A stretch of DNA of 64,000 bases. It comes from Eledone cirrhosa. Lineage: Eukaryota. The notes beneath the pieces were generated by a model. The model did no database searches. It had not been told where the DNA came from and saw nothing but the letters and a program-made list of their open reading frames with translations. This document shows, piece by piece, positions 12,710 to 26,031 of this stretch. A program made the translations under genes and the position numbers. Every line of letters begins with the position of its first letter. The stretch's first letter is position 1. The stretch lies in NCBI GenBank assembly GCA_964016885.1, contig OZ024741.1, positions 78,926,001 through 78,990,000 of the forward strand, in the 5' to 3' direction.

Positions 12710-14845
12710 ATGTTAGAACACGAAAAGTGAACATTCTGTTGTTTCACACTTTTCGTGTTCTAACAGATTATAATATGTTTATGTTTGCACGATGGAAAAG
12801 GGACAGATAACTCCAATCTTGTTTGTTAACCGTTAAATTTGATGAATGATTTGCTCAGAAAATAAATAGAGAAAATTATATATTATTTTGTGTGAGATTA
12901 AATATTTTAGTCGAAAGGTGTGTGAAAATTTGAAGATCAAAAGGAAAGGAAAAACGTAATGTACATTTCGAAGAACTATCGTAAAGAGGATAAATTTTCA
13001 GAATGTTAATTAAAGATTATCAATCTACATCTAAAAAATATATTTAGAGGGGTATCATTAGGAAAATAATGTCAGGAGTAAAAAATATTAAAAAATATAA
13101 ATGAATATTAAAAAAATATATATATTAAAAAAAATTAATGTCAAAAGGTAAAAATAGTAGAAATATTAAAAAATTAAGAAGGAAGGTCATTTAAAAGAAT
13201 TTACATTTAACTTTAAATTTAAATTTTTAAAGAAAATAGGATCATTTTGAAGGTGTATAAGATATAGTCAAGTGTAATGAATATCATAAATTAAAAATAC
13301 TTTTGAAAGTGGAATTTTGGCGATGTCTGCAAGAAGAAAATAATTCTGTTTTAAGATTAATAGAGTTCCGACACTCAATTATATAAACAATTTCCTCGAT
13401 ACACAAGTTACGGAATCTTGAGAAAGCCATATTTCGGTATGCAGGTGCTTTCGAAATCGTTCCTCAAGATATTGAATAGTCTATATTGTTGTCTTTTAAG
13501 TTCCAAATTAAATGTGAAAGTGAAGTGGAAGATTTTTTTATCGGATCTCTTAAATGTGTGTTTATGGTTATACCAGCGTTCTTTGAATTTTGTAGAAGTG
13601 GCACCAATATAGTTAAATACTTTGTCTCTAGTTTTAACTGTGCATTTATAAATTACGTTTTTGTCTAAGCAATTATTTTGTAAAGGACAGTTTGATTTAA
13701 TTCTACAGTTACATTTTCTGGAGTTGTTGTTCGGAACGGTACTATTATTCTGAATATTGTTGTTAGAAATATTATTATTGCTATTTTGGTTAGTTTGGTT
13801 AGGGTTTAAATTTAAGTTTCTATTATTAATTCTATTTATATTTTGTGCTATGTTCATAGTTGTAGAGTAGGATAGTTTTATAGTGTGTATCTGTGGGCTT
13901 TAGAAAAACATTTATCTAGTGCTTTAAAGAATAGCTTTACTAAAGGTATTTTAACGCTTAATGAGAATGGGGGAGAGTACCAAATAACATTTCTAGTTCT
14001 AGTTTTTTTGTTTGATTTAGTGTTTAAGTTAAGTTGTTTATTATTATTATAATTAATTCTAGGATGATTTATCATGTTATTGTTATCTATGTATTTAATT
14101 TTATTCGAGTATCCTGCTCTATGTAAAGCTTCATTGAAATATTCTGCCTTATCATCAAAAATATTTTTATTAGCAGAGATGCGTGAAATCCGTTGTTGGA
14201 CGCTATTGACAATAGTGTTTTTTTATATTTCTAGGATGATTAGAATTGAAACTTACGTAATTTAGATTTTCGTTAATTTTATGGAATGGATAGTAAAGAC
14301 CTGTGCTAAGGTTTACCGTTACATTCTCTATTTCTAATTCAAGGTTGTAGTTGTTGAAAAATTGTATTATGGATTTCCTTTACTTATTAATTTCACTATT
14401 GCTATGGTTTTCAATTAAAAGTAAAATATCGTCACGATATAAACCCCCGGTCATCTCTGGCATTTTCCTATGCAGTACATTATTAATAAATAATCCAACG
14501 AGGTCCGTTACTTGCGCCGAGTCAGATAATCCCATAGTGATATCAAAATTGTTTTTTCTGTCGGCTCTTATCCAGAGATGATTATTAAATTCTATTAGGG
14601 TTTTACGTGCTGTTAGAATTATATTCATTTCTTCACTAGATAGGTCTGTATGTTTAGACGCGCAGATAAGTGCCTTATTAAGTAAGCTAGGGGTAATAGA
14701 GGAGTAGTAATTTGCAATATCCATTTGAATGAATTTTTTGTTTTGTTCTAATTTTATGTTATTGAACCAATCTATACCTTCATTAGTACCGTTCCATAGT
14801 TTAAGGTGTGATTTTTCTTTAAGTAGTGGTATAATTCTATCAAGA
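12710..14845 (-). mobile_element. 5'-truncated Penelope-like retroelement (RT + C-terminal GIY-YIG), frameshifted; possibly Nematis-type
   Basis: ORF pieces: DIANYYSSI, FDITMGLSDSAQVTDLVGLFI, GLYRDD (RT); VIWYSPPFS; CNCR..CPL..CL..VIYKC..YIGATSTKFKERWYNHK (GIY-YIG); CRH near 13325; AT-rich 3' region. Confidence 0.88.
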
Positions 14846-14851
14846 GTCAGG

Positions 14852-14947
14852 ACCCTGACGGCTGAGCTCCGGCCGTCTCGACAGCTAGATCCGAACTAAG
14901 CCAGCAGTATTAAAATGGTATCAATCTAGCTGAACTTATCAAGGGGT
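14852..14947 (-). ncRNA. Hammerhead ribozyme, U3-A8 variant, GAAA mutated to GAGA (likely inactive)
   Basis: ACCCC-UUGAUAA-GUUCAGCUAGAU...AUCUAGCUGUC-GAGAC-GGC...GCC-GUC-AGGGU. Confidence 0.65.
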
Positions 14948-15260
14948 ACAGTCCATATATGGGCATGCAGTCAAAACAAAAAAAGCAGAAATATCAAAGC
15001 AAAAAATCCTAAATGAAAAATTCGGGACCCCGACGGCTGAGCTCCGGCCGTTTCAACAGCTAGATCTGAACTCGGATCTAGCTGTTGAAACGGCCGGAGT
15101 TCAGCCGTCGGGGTCCCAAATTTTTCACATTACACACTCTACTACCTCAAGTATCGAGTACTCTGGTGAGTAATGGTCTAACTGATTTTTAGCGCCTCCA
15201 TTCTGATATATATATATATATCAGAATGGAGAAAAACCACAGACCCTCCATCTCAACTCA

Positions 15261-15298
15261 CCTTTTGAAAAGCAGAAGAACTGCGAAACCGGTAAAGG
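15261..15298 (+). ncRNA. Minimal type I hammerhead ribozyme, U3-A8 core variant
   Basis: CCUU-UUGAAAA-GCAG(AAGAA)CUGC-GAAAC-CG-GUA-AAGG; palindromic stem III typical of PLE minimal HHRs. Confidence 0.75.
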
Positions 15299-15565
15299 AA
15301 CCAAATAAATATATATATTTAAAAAAAAAATAAGACTTCAGTTGCATTTTCGATTTCATCTCTTTTTCTTTATACTTTCACTCGTGTAGGACACCTCGGT
15401 TATTTTTCATTTTGTAAAAAAAACCTCACTTTCTAATATATATATATATATATATATAACGAAGGTAAGGAACCAGATGGACCATAACGCACCAGAGTAC
15501 TCAATACTTAGGGTAGTAGAGTGGGTAATAGGAAAATGTTTGACTCTGACGGCAGAGCTCAAGCC

Positions 15566-15599
<34 letters not shown>

Positions 15600-15999
15600 C
15601 TTGCCTGCTTTTAACTCCCAGTGGATTATTTTTTCCCCTCGGTATTTTAGCAGTGATGATTTAGTTAATGTGTTGAGCACTACTGAAGATCGACTCCAAC
15701 CGTGACCAACCCCACTGAAAAGTTTCGGGAAATGGTCTTTTAAGATTATATAGTGCATTTGTAGTTTTCCAGAAATTGACGGTTAAGTATTACTTCTTGA
15801 TTTTATTTTGAATTAAGATTGTATTGCCTTTTCCCCAACATACACAAAGTTTGATGACAAAGTTTTTCTTCTTGATTTGTTTTGAATTAAGATTGTATTA
15901 CTTTTTTCCCTCATCTTACATTAAATATTTTTTCATCTTGATGGTATAGTCACTTATATACCTGGATTATTGTTGGCATTTTGCTTACATTAATTTTAT

Positions 16000-16079
<80 letters not shown>

Positions 16080-16159
16080 GATGAATGAAACAAAACAAAC
16101 ATAGGGATGCTGAAATACAAAGTCTTATTATATTCACGCTTAGAGAAAGTGGAGGTGGG

Positions 16160-16193
16160 TTCTACGTTTCTGACGGTCGTTCTTCATCAGGAA
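16160..16193 (-). ncRNA. Very minimal hammerhead-like motif in a probable PLE 3' remnant
   Basis: UUC-CUGAUGA-AGAACGACCGUCA-GAAAC-GUA-GAA; short stems. Confidence 0.45.
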
Positions 16194-16461
16194 AGCTCTG
16201 ATAAGGAAAGGACAGGTAGGCACATGAAAGTTGTGCGTGAAAGTTAGGAAAGGAAGTTAAGAAAAGAGTCTTAGGAAGAAATTGGTAGGTTGGGGTGGTA
16301 GGCGAGAGGTCTAGTATTTAGGAGTGAGGCTGAAGTGGAGGGCCCAGGTGTGTCATGGGAGTGGTTGCGTGTGTGCTAAAGAGATGATATTAGTAGGTGT
16401 GCATTATTGCTTCAGTCTGTGTAAGTGTGGGAACATGTGGGTATCTCAATCTTATGTTGTT

Positions 16462-16494
<33 letters not shown>

Positions 16495-16599
16495 TTTCAC
16501 GTGTGTGTCGGATGAGTGTGTGTGTCTATGTTGGTATGCCTGTGTGTGTATATCAGAATATCCACGTGTAATCCGGTGTCCAGAGAGGTGTTGTGGTTA

Positions 16600-16870
16600 G
16601 AACGGAAGTGGTCAGGTGGGTATCCTACCGACTGATTTTGCCCATAAAACTTGTCCAGCGATTCTTTAATGAGACATTCTAACCACATGCCCATAGTATC
16701 GGCTTTGTGATCTCTCAATTAGGAGAAATAACGGTTCTGCCTGGACTGCCTCTGATATCCGAGCTACGTTACTCCATAAATCCTTCGGAGGAACCCCATT
16801 TCGGCGTTAATACCACTAGTCGTTGTCCCGTTGACGTGAAAGAAATATTGATAGCTAGAAATAGCAGCCA
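16600..16870 (-). pseudogene. Small RTE fragment
   Basis: EPLFLLIERSQSRYYGHVVRM on the minus strand; similar to 25560-25700. Confidence 0.55.
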
Positions 16871-17200
16871 AAATCTTTCAACTATATAATCTTACATCGT
16901 TTTACAGATTCTCTCCTGTTAATGCTTGATATATTTAAGGATATGTCAACGGTTCTTTAATTTTATAATTTATGCTCGGTTTCATCTGTAGAAATCGCTC
17001 CCATACCAGCAACCAATGCAAATACTGCATCTTGGATTGCATAAGGGTAGCCATAGAAATAACTATAACGCTTTATGTAATCACAGCATCTTTCTTAATG
17101 TTATTCTTATACTGAGTCTCCATCGTAACTACACTCTACGATTGTAGAGAGCTTTCTCCTGCTTACTCCTGTTTTTACCAAAACAATTTTTTTTTACTGA

Positions 17201-17232
<32 letters not shown>

Positions 17233-19245
17233 CTTCTTAACGTGTTATGTGCTTATCGACGCAACAACATCAACAACAACAGCAGTCACAATAGTAACAA
17301 CATCAAAACACCAGTTGACAAAATGATTGCTATTTCCTATATTCTCTTTCTGTGTTATACACAGTTAAGAAATTAGTGAGTTTATAGCCAATCGTTACAC
17401 GTCAAACTATTGGTGTAATAAAACATATAATACATTATTTAATATGTAAATTTATTGTACGATTGCACATTGCAACTTGCATTCACTAATTGACATAAAA
17501 TATAATTATCAAGCAAGCGAAGAAAAAGATGATTAACACATTTCACCAATTTAAAATTAATTGCCTACTTATCAAATGGCATCAGTATGAAGTGTCACAA
17601 GAATTTCTACAATGGGTCAGGTGTAATTTGTATTTGAGGGTCAGACGTACTCTTGTTCTGGTGTCATTTACTGATATGTAGTTTTATAACGATGATATGA
17701 TATATGGCTAAGGATTCTACAGAACTAAAGGAAGTTTATGTAGTTAAAGAAACATAAGTGCTGATACATGATTTATGAGAATTCTTGAGTGTGTTGTTAT
17801 CGTCAAGTTCATGTGGCTGAATACTTTGTCACATTCACTAATAAGAAGTAGTGAACAGAGAAGTAATTAAATTTAGAAGGGATTTATACGATCTTTGGAT
17901 GTTGTCGTAAACCTACAGTGCTGCAAATTGTTTATAAGATTAGTCAGAAACAGGAGATGTTTACTGGGGACAGTCTTGTTGTGGCTTGTTGAAGTAATTT
18001 CTCTAAACTTGCCTTTTTTAACTTCTTGAACTTTCAAATTGCTTGTACAAGACTACTCTTTGATTTCATGCAATAATCTTATGCTTCATTGGGTTAATTT
18101 GTTTTCATGAGACTATTCAGAAAAGAATATTTTCAACATGGTTATTTTTTTCTGCCACTCCCAGAACTTGTTTCGATCCTTAGTTACTTTTTAAAAATTA
18201 GAACACAATACTTCATAATACTTCACAATTTTTCACACAGCTTAAATTGCTTCAAATATGCTCTACTTAGCAAATTTGTTGTCTTAGTTGAGAAGGACAT
18301 TCAGATAGTTGCTTTTGATTTAGAGGAGATTTACACTAAACAGGATACAGTTTAATAATAAATGATTGAATATCAATAATTCCATGAACTTCTCTCACCG
18401 AATTATCGGCAGAAAGTTCTAATCTGTGATTATGACAGTGCCAAATAATCACATCAGAGTTTATTTGAAAACTATTGCAACACCAAATTTGATACCAAGT
18501 ATTATGATCTCCCCACCACTACACAGTTCTGTTTCAAGTCATCATCATCAAACACAGTAGCGTACAAAAAGACACTTCGTTTTCAGGGCTTCATGAAAGT
18601 AAAAATGTTTAACTTATTAAAAGTGAGGGCCAACGAGATTTCCTGTGGAAAATAGGGAAATACCCCCCCCCCCCCGAATGATTAAAACCCGAAACTATTC
18701 AATAATGAAAGTCAAGTGCACAGTAGTGGGTCGGCTAAATACTATAAAGAATACAGTGTGACAAACTCGTTTGTTAGAAATGTTAATCCAAAATTTAAAG
18801 AAATTGAAAATAAACAAGTGTATGAAAAATGTTTGATAATTTTGAGTTAAATTTGCGCTGTTCTATCAGACAACTTTCAGGCATAACTTTTCGTTGCTGA
18901 AAGGTGCTGTTTCACAAGGTAAAATGACTACCTTGCCGCAATTTATCAATAATTGTTATATTAAAAAAATGTCAAGTTAAGCGTGAACTAAAGTTAATCG
19001 TCAATTAATGGAAAATGAGAGTGTAGTCAACTTTCCCCTTAAAGTGTTTTACAACTGTTAGCTCTGCGGTTATCATGAACCAATCGGAACGTCCCATCAG
19101 AGCAGACCTTATTTTTAGAGAATGGAATTTTTAAAAATAAATTTTAACGAATGTTGATAAATCTGAAGGTCGTGATTTTGATTCACATCTGTGGAGAAAA
19201 TCTCACATAGTGTTTAAGTTGGATTCACAAAATATTTTGTGATTA

Positions 19246-19776
19246 TCTAAACTATAATAAAGGGAGGAGCGCGGGACTGCGTACGGTTTATAATTTTTGA
19301 TCCCATTAGTAAAATAAGTTGGATTACTTTGAATAAATAATTGTTTCTACTTTAGACACAAGGCCAACAATTACCCAGTGCATTACTGGTACTTTATTTT
19401 ATTGAATAAATAATGAATGAATATTACATAATTTATCTACTAAATTTCGTGGCTGCTGATTAAATATATTTTGTTTATTTAAAGATTCACTTCTTTAACA
19501 TTTCTGAAATGTTGGCGGTTGGCGATCGGCGATTGGCGATCGCTTAAATAAACATATTAATTTTCTCCTAATGCAGTTTATATATAATATCGTTTTTTTT
19601 TAATGTATCATGGATTACGTTACTTTCTATGTATTATAATTTCTATGTATTTTATATTGTCAATTACGATTTTATTTGATGTATCATATCTACATGTATA
19701 TATACTTGCGTATAATATCAATATACACACTACACATGCTAGTAGAAAACCACTCGAAGGGTGGTTTTTCTGCTAG
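19246..19776 (+). mobile_element. Non-autonomous Helitron-like element
   Basis: A|TCTAAACTATAATAAAG 5' end, subterminal hairpin and CTAG|T 3' end; homologous copy on the minus strand at 2686-4262; contains a SINE 3' fragment with TSD ttgaataaataa. Confidence 0.7.
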
Positions 19777-19879
19777 TATTCATAATTAACGTTATTAAAT
19801 GTTAACAGAACATAGAGCGATTAATAGCAAATACACGAGATAAAATTATTTTTCTTCAAAATTATATTAACTTCCAAAG

Positions 19880-20600
19880 CATTTAACTTTGTCCTGGTTA
19901 TGGTAAATATAGGAAACTTACTGCAGACCCACATTGTGTAGATGGATGCATTTGGTGGTGTATCAAAAGGGTTTGTTGGAAGAAATTGTCAATTTAAGCA
20001 AATATCTCCTGGAAAAATTATCGTTTATTCAAGTCACCAATCTTATATATGATTGGGTAGCGCATGAGATGTTGGAAGTAGAATTAATACAATTTGAATG
20101 TAAACTGACGTCAGAGGCGATAGTGAACTGGAAAAACTACCGCCATGATAAATTCACAAACCATTTTATAAAATAATCCATCAATGAAATTGATGAGAGA
20201 GCATATGTCAAAGGTAAACACTATTTGTGAAAACTCAGTCTGGTTTTGGAGATTTTAGAATTGGTTCAAAAAGATATGTGCTTTCTGATTTCGGTAGAAG
20301 ATAGGGCAATTGTAACATATTTTATCAGAGATAACAGTTGTAGGCGATCTCCTGGCGGAGTTCAACACTGTCAATCAAACTGGCTTTTAGAACTTGCCGA
20401 TCAATCACTCACTAAACTTTGTTAATCTTGCCGTGCAAGTACAAATTATAATGAAGCGTTGTTGAATTGCACAAAAGGATAAAATAAACGAGATATTGGT
20501 GTTCGTCGCACACAATTAGATTATTACTTAATGATGTTTACATGGCGCCATGCCTTTTCTAATGATAGAGCTGAACAACTATTGAAAGACATTTGATCTG
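19880..20600 (+). pseudogene. Decayed Merlin/IS1595-type transposase
   Basis: AIVNWKNYR, EIDE, NHSLNFVN, GVRRTQLDYYLMMFTWRH; ~127-bp tandem duplication follows at 20608-20850. Confidence 0.65.
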
Positions 20601-21000
20601 TTCATCATTTATAATAAATAATAATGGATTTGATCAATTATTTATAGATATTGGATCCATTTATACTTTGCATTAAAAATAAAGCTTTCACTTTTTGTCC
20701 AGGAAAACACTTTTACTTTTGACAAGGTAAACAATTTATAATAAATAATAACGGATTTCATCAATTATTTATAGATATTGGATCCATTTATACTTTGCAT
20801 TAAAAAAAAAGCTTTCACTTTTTGTCCAGGAAAACACTTTTACGTTCGACAATATAAACATTTCATTTTTAATGGAACTTTGTAATAGGGAACTGCCAAA
20901 ACTAACACTGGCAACAGGGGTGCCAGAGTGGCATGGTAATGTGTTTGTGTAAGTATGTATGTAGTATGTATGTACGAGTGTGTGTGTTTATTTATATTTC

Positions 21001-22030
<1,030 letters not shown>

Positions 22031-22104
22031 TATATATATATGCGTTTGTCATTGTCAGGTAACCAGCTGGTGATGTGCTGTACTATTTACATATCGTCCG
22101 ATAC

Positions 22105-22165
22105 TGACAAGGATCCAAAGTTCCTGAATACCGTGATATCTGGCGATGAAACGCTCATATACGGT
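22105..22165 (+). pseudogene. Mariner transposase micro-fragment
   Basis: DKDPKFLNTVISGDETLIYG. Confidence 0.55.
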
Positions 22166-22260
22166 TCTTCATGATTAGCCATGACAATACACACGTACAA
22201 AATCTGGTAATGGAGAATTCGTGTATTTGTCTCCAAAATGTGTGTCTGTCTGTCCGCCTG

Positions 22261-22429
<169 letters not shown>

Positions 22430-22430
22430 T

Positions 22431-23129
22431 TATAAATATATGTATGTATACGTACATACATATATATATATACAGACGTACAGTAGTATTATATATATAT
22501 ACATACATGCACACATATATATGTACGTATGGGTTTACCGAACATTTATTATAATGCTCGGTTTGTTTGTAAACGAACATATATATATATACATACTACT
22601 GTACATCTGTATACATATATGTATGTACGTATACATACATACTTACATTTAAGTACCAGCCGTACTAAGAGTGAGAAATGAAATTTCATTTCATTCTTTT
22701 CCATTTATCCTTTTCGGTACGCCCGGCCGACAAACTCACTCGATATGCAAATTAGGCTGCTCAGCCGTTAATATGCATAAGGAAAGTATGTACTTTCAAA
22801 CGTTCAATCATCTGACTGGAAGGTATACGATGCTGACGATAGCTAATAAGCTTGAAACTAGTTCATCGTTCCTTTGTCAGTGTTGAACAAAAGGGCGACG
22901 ATGATTGCGCAACACTGTACGGCTTAATTCGGACTGTTTGTTTACAAACAAACCGAACATTTTAATAAATGTTCGGTAAACCCATAAGTACATATATATA
23001 TGTGTGCATGTATGTATATATATACATATTACTGTACGTCTGTATACATATATGTATGTACGTATACATACTTATATTTAAGTAACAGCAGTACTAAGAG
23101 TGAGAAATGAAATTTCATTTAATTCTTTT

Positions 23130-23132
<3 letters not shown>
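22431..23132 (+). mobile_element. Diverged copy of retrozyme family A (~1.3 units) preceded by an inverted segment (~22431-22580)
   Basis: Clear homology to the 422-bp unit; the 5' part is the reverse complement of an internal segment; flanked by (TA)n. Confidence 0.85.
22827..22869 (+). ncRNA. Type I hammerhead ribozyme, family A diverged copy
   Basis: ACGAUG-CUGACGA-U-AGCU(AAUA)AGCU-U-GAAAC-UA-GUU-CAUCGU; palindromic minimal stem III ACUAGU; GUU triplet. Confidence 0.8.
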
Positions 23133-23175
<43 letters not shown>

Positions 23176-23180
<5 letters not shown>

Positions 23181-23363
23181 CAAGACCCCGACGGCAGAGC
23201 TCAAGCCGTTTCGACTGGTATTTCTGGACAGAAATACCCGTCGAAACGGCTTGAACTCTGCCGTCGGGGTCTTGAACATTTTCCCATTACCCACTCTACT
23301 ACCCCAAGTATGGAGTACTCTGGTGCGTTATGGTCCATCTGGTTCCTTACCAAACTTCCTTCG

Positions 23364-23365
<2 letters not shown>
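23176..23365 (+). mobile_element. PLE terminal fragment with fold-back 5' inversion (related copies 2288-2425, 15014-15205, 15458-15568)
   Basis: Shared motif gaaacggcttgagctctgccgtcgggg (3' half of HHR) followed by ...ctctactaccccaagtat.gagtactctggtgcgttatggtcc; inside (TA)n. Confidence 0.7.
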
Positions 23366-23408
<43 letters not shown>

Positions 23409-23639
23409 TGTATGTATAGTATATTTGGCAATATACCGTATGCTTAACTAAAAACATTTTGAAGACCTTACGTTATCAGTTTTAAAGTAGTGACTATGTC
23501 ACTTCTTTTCTTCGGCGAAAGTAGTGAGAGAAGCTAACAAACTGTCTGTTTCACGCTCTTGGGGAACATCAGAGCAACGTACTCCCCGCTTTCACCGAAG
23601 ATTATAGAAGCTAGATTCTTATAGAATTCCAGTAATAAT

Positions 23640-24320
23640 CAGGACCTGTATGGAGTGTGTAGGAAATCAGGAGTGTGTATGAAATTAGGCTAGTTAGGAA
23701 GCAGGCGAAAAAGGATACTGTGAGTGGGACGATATAGAATTAAAATGTTAATAACATCCTACTTTTCCCCACTTGCCGAACAAGATAGGGGAAACCCCAG
23801 CATACATGGGTAGATGTACTTCTTTTCTTTTTCCGTTTATCTCTTCTTATCATTTCCTTCCACTCCCTCTCCTCTTTCTTTTCCTTTTTCCCCTTTCGCC
23901 TACCCCGAGGCAGCCCATCGGGCTTTTGTAGCCTCAGTACCTCCACTCCAGTAAATTATATATAGCATTGGCCGAAAACGCAATACCAACTAAAAATATA
24001 GCAGCTGGTTTAGACTCTAGAGATGTTTTTAAATTACTTTTTACTATTTAATTTTATTATTTTTACTTTTTTTTATTCATCTTTTAATCTCAATTTATTA
24101 ACCTTTTAATTCTATAACGTCCCACTCTCAGTATCCTTTTTCGCCTGCTTCCTAACTAGCCTAATTTCATACACTCCTTAGAATTTGCTGTATCGAATTC
24201 ACTTTCAACGCTTAACCGGCTCCACACACTCCCTCATTCTTCTACAGGCAAGTTCAGCCATCCCACCCCCACCACTCCACCCACTGCCATGAGCTCTGCC
24301 GTCGGGGTTAAACATTTTCC
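23640..24320 (+). mobile_element. PLE 3' UTR copy (same family as 49771-50825) with inverted 5' segment; HHR mostly deleted
   Basis: 23750-24320 matches the reverse complement of ~49771-50700; ~23670-23745 is inverted relative to ~24105-24178. Confidence 0.7.
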
Positions 24321-24801
24321 TATATATATAAATATATATATATGAATAAAATTAGTCCTTCATCAGTGATCTTCCAACCTTCATTGGTATTTCATGGCTT
24401 TAAAAATCATATACCTCTGGTTGGGGCGAGCTATAACTAAATAAAGTTATTGGGACAAGTAAAATAGCGTGAAGCGAGCGAGACATGTAAACAAACAAAG
24501 ATGGTATTGCAACGGAAAGATAGGAAGAGACAAGTACATGATATCTATAAGCTTAAGCTTGGTGAAATCATGGACGAGAGATACAGACCATCCGACCAGG
24601 GTGAGATATGACCGAGAAAAGGATTTCACACAGGTCAAACGGGAGGAAGTGAGAGAGGAGGAGAAGCAGAGAGTGGGTGAGTGGGAGTGTGAGAAAGAGG
24701 TCAGCCGAAAGAGAGTGCGAGATACAGAGAAGGTGAGAGATACAGAGAGAGGGGAAGCAGTAAGAAAGAAACAGACAATCGCAGCTGAGGAAAAATATAA
24801 T

Positions 24802-25013
24802 TATAAGAAAAATGGAGTGCTGCGTGGTTGCACATGGGTTACATATGAATAAAATTAGTCCTTCATCAGTGATCTTCCAACCTTCATTGGTATTTCAGCA
24901 CTTTAAAAATCAAGCGATGAAATACCAATGAAGGTTGGAAGATCACTGATGAAGGACTAATTTTATTCATATGTAACCCATGTGCACCCACGCAGCACTC
25001 CCGTTTTCTTATA
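24802..25013. repeat. Inverted repeat (~95-bp arms); partial direct copy at ~24341-24410
   Basis: 24802-24897 vs 24918-25013. Confidence 0.88.
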
Positions 25014-25099
25014 TATATTTATATATATATGAGTGCGTATGTAAATGAATTTCGTATATCTAAAGATATACGATATGTTTAATAAATAAACATTTTGAA

Positions 25100-26020
25100 A
25101 CCCCAGCTATGAATATTGAAAGGCTGACGGCCGGCGCCGTGTAGCGGATTTCAGCCGAAGCAGCGAGGAGAAATACCTTTACGTATTTCGAGCTGATGAC
25201 TGGAATGAAAATCAGTCCTGCGAAAACTGAGATACTCGTCCTCTCAAGGAAAACTGTGCAGTGCACTCTACATGTGAATGGAGTTCCACTGAAGCAGTTT
25301 GAGAAGTTCAAGGATCTCGGGGCTGTGTTCACGAGGCTGGAGGCTGAATAAAGTGCAAGAATTTCAGGAGCTTGTGCAACAAAGCATCAGCTTCAGCATT
25401 CGGTAATCTTGCTATCTTCAATTTGGTATTCGTGCCAACCCTTACCTATCGTTATCAATCTTGCGTAATGACCGAAAAAAAAATGATCGTGAATACAAGC
25501 GGCCGAAATGGGGTTGCTCCGAAGGGATTTTGGAGTAAAGTTACTCGACAGAGTGTGTAGCTCGGAGATCAGAGTCACTCCGGATAGAGCCGCTACTTCT
25601 CCGAATTGACAGATCACAGCTCCATTACTAGAGGCATGTGGTTAGACTGTCTCTAGAAAGAGTCACTGGACAGGGGCGTATGGGCAAAAATAATCGGCAG
25701 GAAACCCAGGGGTACCCTGAGCAGGATGGTTTGGATAACATCCATGAGCTTTGCTTGTCTCGCTTGGGGATCCTCCCGGATTAGTTGAAGATGGTTGCTT
25801 CTGACAGGGCCAACTGGAAGAGTGTTTGAGGACTTTGCCACCACTATCCTCTCAGGAATAAATGGACAAAGAAGAAGAAGAAGAAGAAGAAGAAGAAGAA
25901 GAAGAAGAAGAAGAAGAAGAAGAAGAAGAAAAAGAAGAAGAAGAAGAAGAAGAAGAAGAAGAAGAAGAAGAAGAAGAAGAAGAAGAAGAAGAAGAAGAAG
26001 AAGAAGAAGAAGAAGAAGAA
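25100..26020 (+). mobile_element. Decayed RTE (Rex3/Expander-like) 3' fragment ending in (GAA)n
   Basis: MKISPAKTEILVL, FVPTLTY, IQAAEMGLLR in manual translation; (GAA)n 25868-26020. Confidence 0.7.
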
Positions 26021-26031
26021 AAAAATGATGA

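Noticed and set aside
16950-18720. Possible highly decayed hAT-like transposase on the minus strand
   Set aside because: Only vague motif resemblance; no reliable frame or TIR pair.
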